From Syntrophorhabdaceae bacterium (GTDB taxonomy: Bacteria > Desulfobacterota > Syntrophorhabdia > Syntrophorhabdales > Syntrophorhabdaceae), in assembly GCA_963666485.2 (NCBI GenBank), contig CAXXUO010000002.1:1-64000 (forward strand): a stretch of 64,000 bases of DNA, given 5' to 3'. This document shows, piece by piece, positions 31,176 through 40,780 of this stretch (its first letter is position 1; each line of letters opens with the position of its first letter). The position numbers and the translations under genes are program-made. The notes below the pieces were generated by a model. The model worked only from the letters and a program-made list of their open reading frames with translations, was not told the DNA's origin and did no database searches.

Positions 31176-31724
31176 CTATACGCACGAGAGCAACTTACGC
31201 GCGCTCTCCATCTTGTCGCGGTAGATGCGATGGATGATATGTCTGTCAAACTCGGTTTCTTCTTGCAGGATCCCTTCTCTTTCCTGCTCGGAAAAGTACT
31301 CCATCACGGGCTGGAAGAACAGCCTGTCTTCCCGCTCAATATGGGCGGGGTACAGGGCTTTCAAGAACCTCAGACATTCGACGATCTGTGGGAGGGCCAT
31401 CCTGTCGCCCTGGAGAAAACGGTCCCGTCCCTCAATGAGTTCCTGGACCTTGGCTTTCGACTGCCGGTGTTCATGGGTCAGCTCATTCATTATGGCCACG
31501 TGTTCTTTGGACATTTGTTTCTTTCTCAGTTCCCGGAAGAGGATCTCTTCTTCCTTTCCATGATGGCACCTGTCGCCATAATTCTGTAAAAAATCAATTA
31601 TAGAGTCGACAAGCCCTATATTGATGTTCCCGTTCTGATCGCACCAATCTAATTCATTCTCAATTATGCCGATCATTTTCTCGATGACCCTGTGCTCGAT
31701 CATGAGCGGTGCGATTGGAAGCAT
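31176..31724 (-). CDS. Hemerythrin/HHE domain protein
   Basis: LMIEHR, HHGKEE, EH, HIERED. Confidence 0.88.
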   Translation of the reverse strand: MLPIAPLMIEHRVIEKMIGIIENELDWCDQNGNINIGLVDSIIDFLQNYGDRCHHGKEEEILFRELRKKQMSKEHVAIMNELTHEHRQSKAKVQELIEGRDRFLQGDRMALPQIVECLRFLKALYPAHIEREDRLFFQPVMEYFSEQEREGILQEETEFDRHIIHRIYRDKMESARKLLSCV

Positions 31725-31758
31725 GCGCTATTCCCCTTTGTACGGTTCTCTCTATGCC

Positions 31759-32115
31759 TCATGTTCTGCCCCCGTCCTTCTTTTCCCTAATATATTCCCG
31801 CAGGGCAACGGCGTTGTTGTGCTCCTCGTCTTTGGCGCCGTACAGCAATGTCACATCCTCACCCGCATTGCGCAAGCAGTCGAGGGCACCACTTCTGTCG
31901 TCAAGTTCGGCAAAATACCTTTTCTTGAACTCCATCCATTTCCGGGGATCGTGCGAGAACCATTTCCTCAGAGCGTCACTCGGTGCAATATCCTTGCACC
32001 ACAGGTCGATCCCGGCGTTTTCCTTCTTAAGGCCGCGCGGCCAGAGCCTGTCGACCAGCACCCTGAAACCATCGTTCCGTGACGGCTTCTCGTATATTCT
32101 TTTGACCGATATCAT
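31759..32115 (-). CDS. DUF488 family protein (YeaO-like)
   Basis: RVLVDRLWPRG, APSDALRKWF, HNNAVAL. Confidence 0.9.
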   Translation of the reverse strand: MISVKRIYEKPSRNDGFRVLVDRLWPRGLKKENAGIDLWCKDIAPSDALRKWFSHDPRKWMEFKKRYFAELDDRSGALDCLRNAGEDVTLLYGAKDEEHNNAVALREYIREKKDGGRT

Positions 32116-32175
32116 CGGCGATCCCCGTCCCGGAACCACCGGTCGATACCGGAAGGCGTTCCGTTATTCCCGTCG

Positions 32176-32658
32176 TCAGGCATCAGTCTCTTCATCCGCG
32201 GATACTATCTCTTCGCCTTTTACGAAGAATATCGAACACGGCAATCTCCTGATGAGTTCGTGGTTGCTTCTGCCGTAGATGACCCGTTCGATCCTCCCTT
32301 CCGGGTGGGCCGCCATGATCATAAGGTCGATATTGTCCCGTTCCACCACTTTAACGATCTCTTCAATGGGTTCGCCTTTTTCAATGATCTCCGTTATGGT
32401 CATCCCTGTCGTTCTTTCATCGGCGACGCATTTTTGCAGTTCTTCCCTTATCTCTCTTACGCGGGCCTCGTACTCATCCTTGAAGATCGCGAGGCCGGCG
32501 AGGTAGTGAAATCCGATCCTCTCAAACGGGTTGTATTCCAGGTGAAGTATCGATAGCTGGGCGGAAAGGGCCCTCGCGAGGACTGCGCCGTAGTGGAAAG
32601 CATTCTTGCAATCCTCGGTTGATCTGCTTACTACAAGTATCCGTTTTATATCGTCCAT
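32176..32658 (-). CDS. Universal stress protein
   Basis: IKRILV, GEPIEEI, IDLMIM, LIRRLPCSIFFV. Confidence 0.85.
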   Translation of the reverse strand: MDDIKRILVVSRSTEDCKNAFHYGAVLARALSAQLSILHLEYNPFERIGFHYLAGLAIFKDEYEARVREIREELQKCVADERTTGMTITEIIEKGEPIEEIVKVVERDNIDLMIMAAHPEGRIERVIYGRSNHELIRRLPCSIFFVKGEEIVSADEETDA

Positions 32659-32735
32659 CGGGGTCTCCTTGTACGAGAAGCGGCGTTCTTGCGCCGTATG
32701 AGCCAGGCTCCGCTTGAATCCCCTGTTTTCCCGCT

Positions 32736-33131
32736 CTAAATAACCTTAAGGTCTTTTCCGCTTTCCCAGAGTCCGTGGATGTTACAGAGGCTCAGGGCAT
32801 ATATTCTTCCCCCGTCCTTTACAGAGACAGCCACGCTTACCGTATGGTCCGTGATGACGGGCCCCTTGTCGGGGCCGGCCGCCGATTCGCCATGTGCGGC
32901 AAAGTCGCAGTGGGCTATCTGGTACGAGAATTTGTCATTTTCCGGCTTATAAAAGACCTGGACCCATTTAATATGGTGATCTGTCGTGTTCGGATGCTGT
33001 ATCTCTTTACCGATCGTGACGTTGATGACGAAAGGCTTTCCGGCAACGACCTTGTCGGGGCAGTCGATCACCGGAACATGCTTCTCTTTCTTCCAGTCCT
33101 CGAATTGAAATAACGGACCCAGGCTGTTCAT
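32736..33131 (-). CDS. Superoxide reductase (1Fe neelaredoxin-type/SORL)
   Basis: EKHVP, HPNTTDHHIKW, CNIHGLW iron ligands. Confidence 0.88.
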   Translation of the reverse strand: MNSLGPLFQFEDWKKEKHVPVIDCPDKVVAGKPFVINVTIGKEIQHPNTTDHHIKWVQVFYKPENDKFSYQIAHCDFAAHGESAAGPDKGPVITDHTVSVAVSVKDGGRIYALSLCNIHGLWESGKDLKVI

Positions 33132-33171
33132 TATTTCGCTTCCTCCTAAGGACCTTGCGGTAGATTTATCA

Positions 33172-33363
33172 TTAATCAATTGCTATCGCCTCCATCGGAC
33201 ATGTCTCGGCGGCCTCCCGACAGGCCTCCTCGTTTTGACGCGGAACAGGCTTCTCCCCTATCTGGACCCTGATATTCTCATCTTCCATGAAGAATATCTC
33301 GGGGCAGATCTCCGTGCACGACCCGCATGTAGAACACAGGTCCTCGTCGATCCTGACATTCAT
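33172..33363 (-). CDS. Single-cluster ferredoxin
   Basis: CSTCGSC...CP and CPMEAI, 63 aa, RBS present. Confidence 0.9.
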   Translation of the reverse strand: MNVRIDEDLCSTCGSCTEICPEIFFMEDENIRVQIGEKPVPRQNEEACREAAETCPMEAIAID

Positions 33364-33419
33364 TCCCTTTCCCTCCTTCGCGTGTTCGTCTCTGGTCCGG
33401 CCCATCGCCCGGATCATTT

Positions 33420-33893
33420 CTATTTTCCCGGTCCATCAGCATGAATGGGTTGGCGTATCAGGAGTACGGGACATGCCGCCTTCTTCATCACCTTTTCCGC
33501 CACACTGCCCAGGAGATGACTCAAGATCCCGGTCCTGCCGTGGGACGACATGATAATAAGGTCGGCATTCCTTGCCTGCTGTTCATTCAATATTTCCTCA
33601 TACGGGATCCCCGGCCGTACATCGGTCGTAATGCTGACGGATGAGGCATCGGGGAACAATTCGAGCTGGCGCTTCATCATGTCCTCCGCGGCAGCACTTG
33701 CTTTACGCTCAAGTTCACCAAGGGTGGCCTGATCGAAACAATAGTCAACCGCGCAGGCCTGAACGACTGCGACAACGTGCAGGAGGTATATTGCCGCTCC
33801 ACTCTGCTTCGCGACGTCGATGGCATACTTCAGGGCTGCGTCGGAATACTCGGAAAAATCAGTCGGTACCAGGATCCTCTTTGGAGCAAACAT
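33420..33893 (-). CDS. Universal stress protein
   Basis: ILVPTDFS, SHGRTG..LLGSVAEKV, CPVL. Confidence 0.93.
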   Translation of the reverse strand: MFAPKRILVPTDFSEYSDAALKYAIDVAKQSGAAIYLLHVVAVVQACAVDYCFDQATLGELERKASAAAEDMMKRQLELFPDASSVSITTDVRPGIPYEEILNEQQARNADLIIMSSHGRTGILSHLLGSVAEKVMKKAACPVLLIRQPIHADGPGK

Positions 33894-33971
33894 GCATGAC
33901 CTCCTTGTGCAAACGTTATGCGGCAGTTCAGGGTGTACCCTGCCCCGCGAAGCTTTCCAAGCGTACCGCCC

Positions 33972-34610
33972 TTATCCGATCTGACCGCGCGCCAGTACCC
34001 CTACAGGCCTTCTCGAAGACGACGGCAACGGTATCGGCATTGCCCCCATCCGGTTGGTTTTTAAGAGCGGAAGGTATATCCTCACCGTAGTCCCTTTGTT
34101 CGCGTTGCTGTCGACGCTTATCGTTCCGTTGTGACACTCCACAACCCGCCGGGCAAGCGTACATCCGAGTCCTTTGTCTGCTCCCTGCTTCGTTGTAAAG
34201 TAAGGCTCAAACATTTTTTCCTTGATCTCCCGGCTCATCCCGGTGCCCGTGTCGGTGATAGAGAAGAGGGCGCACCCTCCGGGCCCATACGCGGCCGGGC
34301 AATCCGCACTCCCGAAACGAATACGGCTCGTTTTCAATGTAAGGGAACCTCCGGGCCTCAACGCATCCCCTGCGTTCCTGATAAAGTTTAAGAACGCCCC
34401 TTTGAGTTTCAGGGGATCTGTCGTTATCGTGAGCTCGGAATCCGCAAGATCAAAAATTACCTCCACACCCTCCGGCAGAATGCCCGGCAGCATTTCCTCA
34501 AGTTCCTCAACTATCCTGTTGAGATCGTGGTCCTTCAATCTCATCATCGGATTAAAACTGTAGGCCGGCAGGCTCCTTTGATCCCATAAATTTACCGTGG
34601 ATACGTGCAT
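33972..34610 (-). CDS. Stand-alone histidine-kinase ATPase (HATPase_c) domain protein
   Basis: NFIRNAGDAL, DTGTGM, FEPYFTTK, KGLG; no H-box or sensor seen. Confidence 0.75.
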   Translation of the reverse strand: MHVSTVNLWDQRSLPAYSFNPMMRLKDHDLNRIVEELEEMLPGILPEGVEVIFDLADSELTITTDPLKLKGAFLNFIRNAGDALRPGGSLTLKTSRIRFGSADCPAAYGPGGCALFSITDTGTGMSREIKEKMFEPYFTTKQGADKGLGCTLARRVVECHNGTISVDSNANKGTTVRIYLPLLKTNRMGAMPIPLPSSSRRPVGVLARGQIG

Positions 34611-34746
34611 CCCGCTTCCTCCCTTCTTTACGTCTCAATGAGACCGGATCGTGATCTTCCGGCACATATTTCGTTTCCGCTCCAATATTCAATTCATTTA
34701 CTGAAATACGTCTATTTCAACATGCCAATTGTATGCGTAAAGACAT

Positions 34747-34762
34747 ATCAAGAAGCATGCCA
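34747..34762 (-). promoter_or_regulatory. Putative sigma-54 promoter
   Basis: Minus strand TGGCATG-CTTC-TTGAT (-12 is GA rather than GC). Confidence 0.5.
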
Positions 34763-34845
34763 TGGCCGCGAGGAAGGCTTTGTCCGTTTTTCCTCTAAGA
34801 TTTCGGGAACTAAGAGAACCAGCCGGAATGTGACTTACGTGAAAA

Positions 34846-34905
34846 GTGTCTTGTCTGACAAGATAATGTCTTGTCACGTAAGAATTATCTTGCCAGGCAA
34901 GACAC
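34846..34905. promoter_or_regulatory. Three tandem TCTTG-N5-(C/T)AAGA palindromes, candidate enhancer
   Basis: 34846-34867 and 34884-34905 are inverted copies (20/22), each self-palindromic, with a third degenerate copy between. Confidence 0.6.
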
Positions 34906-35008
34906 TGCAGATGAAAAAAAGAGTGGCGCGGCCCAGACAGGTGAACATCTTTTCCCTCTCTTTACACGCCTTTCTGTCCATACTTCTTGCGTTTTACTTT
35001 TTACGGTT

Positions 35009-36424
35009 TCAGATGTTTTGTCTGCTGAGATTGTATTTCTTGAGAAGGGCATAGAGGCGCGGCCGGGAAAGCCCCGACAGGCGGCATATTTCTTTCAGCT
35101 GGCCGTTCGATGCCCTGATAACCCTTTCCAGGTATTGCCTCTCGGCATTGGCAAGGGCCTCTTCCCGGTAGGTCTTGAGATCGGGTATCGCAGGCTCGGC
35201 GCCGGGATATGTCTGCCGGTAGGCCGGTTCGCTCCCGTTCTCCGTATCAAACTCGGATCTCTTGAGCCTGACCCGTATGTCCGTGGGGAGATGTTTGGGA
35301 TAGAGCGTCGGCTGGTGGAAGGCTTCCGATATTGACTTCTCGATGGTGCTGATAAATTCCCTGACATTGCCGGGCCAGTCGTGGCTTTTCAGGGCTTCAA
35401 GGAATTCCGGGGAAAAGCCTTTGTTGCCGATACCGTACTGGTCACACAGGCGGGAGACATAATGGATGAGCAGTTCCCTGATGTCTTCCGGATATTCACG
35501 CAGGGGCGGGAGATCGATCTGAAATGTCCTTACCCGGAAAAGAAGGTCCTCCCTGAAAAGCCCGTCTTCAACCATCTTGTCGAGATTCCTGTTGGTGGCT
35601 GAGATGAGCCGGAAATCGCTGGATATTTCGGTATCGGAGCCAATGGGCCGGAAACTGCGCATCTGGAGGACCCTTAAGAAGTTCCGCTGAATAGAAAGGG
35701 GCAATTCACCTATTTCATCGAGAAACAATGTCCCGCCGTGCGCCTGCTTGACGAGGCCGTCCCGCGCCTTGTCGGCGCCGGTGAATGAACCTTTTTCATG
35801 TCCAAAGAGCGTGCTTTCCACAAGATTTTGAGGAAGCGAGGCACAATCCACAACGACAAAGTTCTTATTGCTTCGGGAACTGTTGTTGTGAATGGACAGG
35901 GCGAAAAGTTCCTTCCCCGTCCCCGTTTCACCCGTTATGAGCACGTTGGCCTCTCCGTGAGCCGCTTTCGCCACCATGTTGAGGCACGCGGTGATGCGCG
36001 GGCTTCGCCCGATGATGCCATCGGCCCTGAGCGCTGAAGGTGGTTTCTGATACCCTTTCTCACGCCGGTACTGCAGGGCCCTTGTAAGCGCAAGCTGCAT
36101 GTCCTTGATCGAGGACGGTTTCCTGATGTAATCCCAAACCCCATTCTTCAAGGCAAGCTCGGCGGCCCCGGAATCATCGAAACCGGTGATCATGATTATT
36201 TCGGGGGAAGATACGGATTGCTTGATATTCTGCAGGATGTCAAGCCCGCTGCCGTCAGGCAGATGTACGTCGAGAAACACGACCTCATATGAATCTTCGG
36301 AATTCTTTTCGAGGCCATCCCGTATGGTCCCGGCTATGACCGGGTCATGCCCTGCCCGTTCGACCATACCCGAAAGCATTGCCGAAAAGTTCTCGTCGTC
36401 ATCTATGATAAGGATCCGTGCCAT
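35009..36424 (-). CDS. Sigma-54-dependent response regulator (NtrC family)
   Basis: Receiver domain (IIDDD, FLDV, KP), [34 protein letters not shown]-terminal HTH. Confidence 0.95.
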   Translation of the reverse strand: MARILIIDDDENFSAMLSGMVERAGHDPVIAGTIRDGLEKNSEDSYEVVFLDVHLPDGSGLDILQNIKQSVSSPEIIMITGFDDSGAAELALKNGVWDYIRKPSSIKDMQLALTRALQYRREKGYQKPPSALRADGIIGRSPRITACLNMVAKAAHGEANVLITGETGTGKELFALSIHNNSSRSNKNFVVVDCASLPQNLVESTLFGHEKGSFTGADKARDGLVKQAHGGTLFLDEIGELPLSIQRNFLRVLQMRSFRPIGSDTEISSDFRLISATNRNLDKMVEDGLFREDLLFRVRTFQIDLPPLREYPEDIRELLIHYVSRLCDQYGIGNKGFSPEFLEALKSHDWPGNVREFISTIEKSISEAFHQPTLYPKHLPTDIRVRLKRSEFDTENGSEPAYRQTYPGAEPAIPDLKTYREEALANAERQYLERVIRASNGQLKEICRLSGLSRPRLYALLKKYNLSRQNI

Positions 36425-36567
36425 TCGTGGACTGGATAATAATATAACACGATATCAACTTTTTTCGGCTTCTGTCAATATTTGTATTCTAAAACTACTA
36501 ATATTATTAATATATTACAACCATAGATATCATCCAGCTCAGCATGGAAGATATGTATATTACTGTT

Positions 36568-37599
36568 TTAATTGATTATTTTAATAACCTTGGCCCCGCG
36601 TATCTTGCGTTCCTTAAGCTCGATAAGGGCCCTGTTGGAATCCTCAAGTGAAAAGGTCTCCACTTCGGGGCGGATAGCCATCCGCGACGCCAGTTCAAGG
36701 AACTCGCGGACATCCCGCGACGCCACATTGGCGACACTTTTTATCTCTTTCTCGAGCCACAGGTGTTCCGGGTAGGAGAGCCCCAGCAATTCAGCTTTGT
36801 CGATCTCTTCCTTCCTTATCGCATTTATAACGAGGCGCCCGCCCCGCTCGAGGTTCTTGAGGGCGTGTACGATCGTTCCCCAGACGGGAGTTGTATCGAT
36901 GGCCCTGTCAATCTTTTCCGGGGAGGTATCGATGGTGTCCCCTGCCCAGGCGGCCCCGAGTTCCCGGGCAAATTCCTGTTCGCCCGCGCTGCGCGCGAAG
37001 ACAAAGATCTTCGAGGATGGATACATATGCCGTGCCATCTGGATGACAAGATGCGCCGAGGCGCCGAAACCGACAAGCCCGATGTTGTCCCCATCCTTGA
37101 TCGCGGCGAGCCGAAGTGAACGGTACCCGATGGTGCCCGCGCATAAAAGCGGTGCGGCCTCACTATCGGTAAACGTTTCGGGGATCGGGAACGCGAAAGC
37201 CTCGGGCACGGTCATGTATTCGGCGTAGCCGCCGTTCACATCCCTGCCGGTTGCCATGAACCGGTCGCAGAGGTTCTCATCACCCTCCCGGCAAAACTTG
37301 CATGTCCCGCACGCTGAATTTATCCAGGCGACACCCACCCGGTCCCCCGTAACAAAGCGGCTTGTGCCCTCTGCACACGCTTCGACGACACCTATGACCT
37401 GGTGGCCCGGAACGACGGGAAATCGCGGCGGAGGGGTCCTCCCCTCGATCTCATCGAGTTCCGTATGGCAGACACCGCACGCCGAAACCCGTAGAAGGAC
37501 CTCTCCGGGCTGTGGCGAAGGGATCGGGATATCGACGAGCCGCAGCGGTTCCTTGTCGCGTGACAGATCGCAGATCCTGTCGATAACCATGGCCTTCAT
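36568..37599 (-). CDS. Zn-dependent alcohol dehydrogenase family protein
   Basis: CGVCHTE, PGHQ, CGTCKFC...ENLC, GLVGFGASA. Confidence 0.92.
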   Translation of the reverse strand: MKAMVIDRICDLSRDKEPLRLVDIPIPSPQPGEVLLRVSACGVCHTELDEIEGRTPPPRFPVVPGHQVIGVVEACAEGTSRFVTGDRVGVAWINSACGTCKFCREGDENLCDRFMATGRDVNGGYAEYMTVPEAFAFPIPETFTDSEAAPLLCAGTIGYRSLRLAAIKDGDNIGLVGFGASAHLVIQMARHMYPSSKIFVFARSAGEQEFARELGAAWAGDTIDTSPEKIDRAIDTTPVWGTIVHALKNLERGGRLVINAIRKEEIDKAELLGLSYPEHLWLEKEIKSVANVASRDVREFLELASRMAIRPEVETFSLEDSNRALIELKERKIRGAKVIKIIN

Positions 37600-37615
37600 G
37601 TGCATCCTCCGGATG

Positions 37616-37654
37616 CCGTAAGGCGGCTAACGGCTAACGGCTAACGGCTAACGG
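37616..37654. repeat. Left heptamer arm (CGTAAGG + GGCTAAC x4)
   Basis: Direct reading; just upstream of the ADH RBS. Confidence 0.85.
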
Positions 37655-37763
37655 AAAAAATATAATCATTCCCGATTGTGAAGTGCACCGGTCACCAATT
37701 GTGCTATCAACGCTTTTCTTGATCAGTGCAGCCTGAACGAAAAAACTTTTGACAGGGTGATAG

Positions 37764-37931
37764 ACGCCTTACGCCTTACGCCTTACGCCTTACGCCTTAC
37801 GCCTTACGCCTTACGCCTTACGCCTTACGCCTTACGCCTTACGCCTTACGCCTTACGCCTTACGCCTTACGCCTTACGCCTTACGCCTTACGCCTTACGC
37901 CTTACGCCTTACGCCTTACGCCTTACGCCTT
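37764..37931. repeat. Perfect tandem repeat (ACGCCTT)24
   Basis: 168 bp without a mismatch; last base overlaps the FKBP stop codon. Confidence 0.97.
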
Positions 37932-38629
37932 TACTTCACCGCTATCAGTTCAATATCACAGATCAGCACCGCGTTGGGTCCTATGATCTGGCCGGCGCCG
38001 GCTTCACCGTATGCCAGTTCGGGGGGAATGTACAGGCGCCATGTCGAGCCGGCGGGCATCTTTGTGAGAGCTTCCGCCCACCCCTTGAGGGTCTGGTTCA
38101 CGGGGATATCGACAGGCCTGTTCTTCCAGTGGGAATTCTCGAATTCATATCCATCCAGCAAACGTGCCGTGTAATGGATCTTGACGATATCGTCCGCCTT
38201 CGGGACCCGTCCGTTTCCCTCCTTGAGGATCCAGTACTGCAGTCCGCTTGAAAGAGTATGTACGGCTTTGCGCTGAGCGTTCTCTTTGAGGAACGCATCG
38301 CCTTCTTTCTTGTTCTTCTGACCGAGCTTCGTCATGACCTCTTTGTCATAGCTGTCAAGGGCTGCCTTGATGTCCTGGTCCGACATAACGATCTGCCCGC
38401 GCGTTGCATCGCGAAAACCCCTGACGAGCATATCGGGATCTATGTCAATGTCCAGGTTCTTTGCATTCCGGCCTATGCCTGCGCCAAGTGCGTATCCTAT
38501 CTTCTCCCGTCCCAGCACGGGCGAATTCTTGGTCTGGGCCGGTGCCGGGACCGAAAATGCGGTCAGGATGAACACGCATATGATCACTGACAAAAGATAC
38601 CTTGATCTCATTACGGAAACCAAATTCAT
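37931..38629 (-). CDS. FKBP-type peptidyl-prolyl isomerase (FkpA/Mip-like, exported)
   Basis: Signal peptide, FKBP_N (GYALG), SGLQY, HYTARL, GWAEAL, IPPELAYG. Confidence 0.93.
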   Translation of the reverse strand: MNLVSVMRSRYLLSVIICVFILTAFSVPAPAQTKNSPVLGREKIGYALGAGIGRNAKNLDIDIDPDMLVRGFRDATRGQIVMSDQDIKAALDSYDKEVMTKLGQKNKKEGDAFLKENAQRKAVHTLSSGLQYWILKEGNGRVPKADDIVKIHYTARLLDGYEFENSHWKNRPVDIPVNQTLKGWAEALTKMPAGSTWRLYIPPELAYGEAGAGQIIGPNAVLICDIELIAVK

Positions 38630-38804
38630 TCCGCCTCCTTTCCGAAGATTGCCCTGTATGGGTTTTTAATCGTTTCATATGTTATTCCATGGTCTTAGAA
38701 TTGTCAATTTTTCAATAATCCTGCCAACAATAGCTTTACATAACAGTAAAGAAATTGTACATTACTGCAACAAAAAATTTTCTAACATTTCAGGAGACCG
38801 GACG

Positions 38805-40283
38805 ATGTCAGACGAACAGGTAATTGACCACGAAAATACACAGGAAAGGAGCGCAAACGAAAGCGGTCACGAAGAAGATTTTGCACAGCTTTTTGAACAG
38901 AGCACACAGTCCGTCAAGAGACTGGAACCCGGACAGAGAGTGACCACGAGGGTTGCAGGGATCTCTGGGGACTTTGTTTATATTGACCTGGGCGGGAAAA
39001 GCGAAGGAGTGATCGACAGGAAAGAATTCCTTAACGAGGAAGGCGAGGTAACCCTCAAGGACGGCGATGAGCTCGAGGCCTATTTTGTAACGGTGGAGAA
39101 CGGCGCCAGGAAATTTACCACCCTCATTCACAGCTTCCCGAGCATAACGCTTCAGAGCATTAAGAATGCATTCGATGCAGACATCCCCGTAACGGGCAAG
39201 GTCGCATCCGAGCTCAAGGGTGGATACGAGATCCGTGTGGGCAAAGTGCGCTGCTTTTGCCCCTATTCCCAGATGGACCTCAAGGGAAGCAGGGATACAG
39301 GATCATATATAGGAGAGACGTTCGCCTTTAAGGTACTCGAATATAAGGAACGGGGACGCAACATCATCCTGTCCCGCAGGGCCATACTCGAGAAAGAGCT
39401 GGAGAAAGAAAAAGAGAAGCTCAGAGAAACCCTCGCTGTCGGCATGGAGGTTGCCGGAAAGGTCCGGTCCATTCAAAAATTCGGCGTTTTTGTTGACATA
39501 GGCGGCATCGACGGCCTTATCCCTTTAAGCGAACTGTCATGGGTCAAAGGTTCAAAACCTTCCGACCAGGTCTCGATCGGTGACGAGGTCAGGACGAGGA
39601 TCCTCGAGATCGACTGGACGAGGGACCGTATAACGTTAAGCCTGAAAGCCGTACTCCCCGACCCGTTCCTCTCGGTCCCGGAGAAATATCCCGTTGATTC
39701 GACCGTGCAGGGCGTCGTGGTGCGCCTCGAGAACTTTGGTGCTTTCGTCAACCTTGAACCGGGCATCGACGGCCTGATCCCCATATCGAAACTTGGTGCG
39801 GGAAGAAGGATAAACCATCCCAAGGAGATACTGGAACCCGGGCAGCAGGTTGAGGCCAGGGTAGTCGACGTCAGCACAGAAAAGAGGCGCCTGACCCTTT
39901 CCATGGAGCGCAAGATAACCGTCGAAGCGGTGGACCTTCCGGCCATCGGGACCCTTCTCGAGACACACGTCGAGCGTGTTATTTCATCGGGCATCATTGT
40001 AAAGATAAAAGAAGGCCTGACCGGATTTATCCCGAACTCGGAAATGGGCACACTGAAAGGGACGAACCACAGCAAGATGTTCCCCGTAGGTTCTCCCATG
40101 CAGGCTGTCGTTGTCGCAACCGATCCTTCCCGCGGGCGTGTGAGCTTGTCGAGGACAAAGGTCGATGAAAAGATCGAGCTTGACAGTTACACCCAGTACA
40201 GGGATAAAGTTAAAGAAGAGGAACGGTCAGACGAAAAACTCGGCAGTCTTGGTGAATTGTTGAGGAATAAACTGGGATTATAA
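38805..40283 (+). CDS. Ribosomal protein S1-like multi-S1-domain protein (probable paralog)
   Basis: About five S1 repeats (FGVFVDIGGIDGLIP, FGAFVNLEPGIDGLIP), ends LGSLGELL. Confidence 0.88.
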   Translation: MSDEQVIDHENTQERSANESGHEEDFAQLFEQSTQSVKRLEPGQRVTTRVAGISGDFVYIDLGGKSEGVIDRKEFLNEEGEVTLKDGDELEAYFVTVENGARKFTTLIHSFPSITLQSIKNAFDADIPVTGKVASELKGGYEIRVGKVRCFCPYSQMDLKGSRDTGSYIGETFAFKVLEYKERGRNIILSRRAILEKELEKEKEKLRETLAVGMEVAGKVRSIQKFGVFVDIGGIDGLIPLSELSWVKGSKPSDQVSIGDEVRTRILEIDWTRDRITLSLKAVLPDPFLSVPEKYPVDSTVQGVVVRLENFGAFVNLEPGIDGLIPISKLGAGRRINHPKEILEPGQQVEARVVDVSTEKRRLTLSMERKITVEAVDLPAIGTLLETHVERVISSGIIVKIKEGLTGFIPNSEMGTLKGTNHSKMFPVGSPMQAVVVATDPSRGRVSLSRTKVDEKIELDSYTQYRDKVKEEERSDEKLGSLGELLRNKLGL

Positions 40284-40317
40284 CCGGCTGATATTTCGGT
40301 GCACCATCGGGGGGATT

Positions 40318-40767
40318 ATGCACAGTCTGCTGAATAATAACAGGGGCAGCGTGGGACGATGGGTAGTCATTATCATTATCGTCGCCGCTGCCGTTTTCGG
40401 TTACCAGCATTTCAAGAAAACGCCGCGGTACGCATTGATGCAGTTCAAGAAATGTGTCCTGTTCTCGAATGCCGAGGCAACGCAGCAATACATCGACCTC
40501 GAAAGGGTGGCCCCCGGTTTACCCGAAAGTTTCACGCACCGGGAACCCGACGCAACGGTCAAGCAGCGTCTCATCAATGAACTGAACTCGCCAAGCGAAA
40601 AATCATTTTTTAAACCCGTGAAGGGGTGGTCGGTCATTATGGCGCCTATCACCGTAATGGAAAACCAGGTGGTGGCTACGGCAATGCCCCTCGAAGGGAC
40701 AAAGGTGACGCTGGAAAAAACAGACCAGGGCCAGTGGATCATTATCAGATTGGACGTCCAGGAATAA
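40318..40767 (+). CDS. Membrane-anchored hypothetical protein (DUF2939-like)
   Basis: N-terminal TM, TPRYAL..FK, YIDL; resembles the next gene. Confidence 0.6.
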   Translation: MHSLLNNNRGSVGRWVVIIIIVAAAVFGYQHFKKTPRYALMQFKKCVLFSNAEATQQYIDLERVAPGLPESFTHREPDATVKQRLINELNSPSEKSFFKPVKGWSVIMAPITVMENQVVATAMPLEGTKVTLEKTDQGQWIIIRLDVQE

Positions 40768-40780
40768 ACCGAAATATTTC

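Noticed and set aside
36425..36567. AT-rich patches (also 41740-41810 and 61805-62030) as foreign DNA
   Set aside because: Short, intergenic and promoter-like; no mobility genes or att sites.
37757..38251. ORF with (LTPYALR)n repeats
   Set aside because: Translation of the 7-bp array, continuing antisense to FKBP.
38679..38804. Long N-terminal extensions in the ORF track (also 13366, 28242, 54584, 57483, 63383)
   Set aside because: Downstream starts fit the domain boundaries better and mostly have an RBS; the extensions run through intergenic, repeat or overlapping gene DNA.
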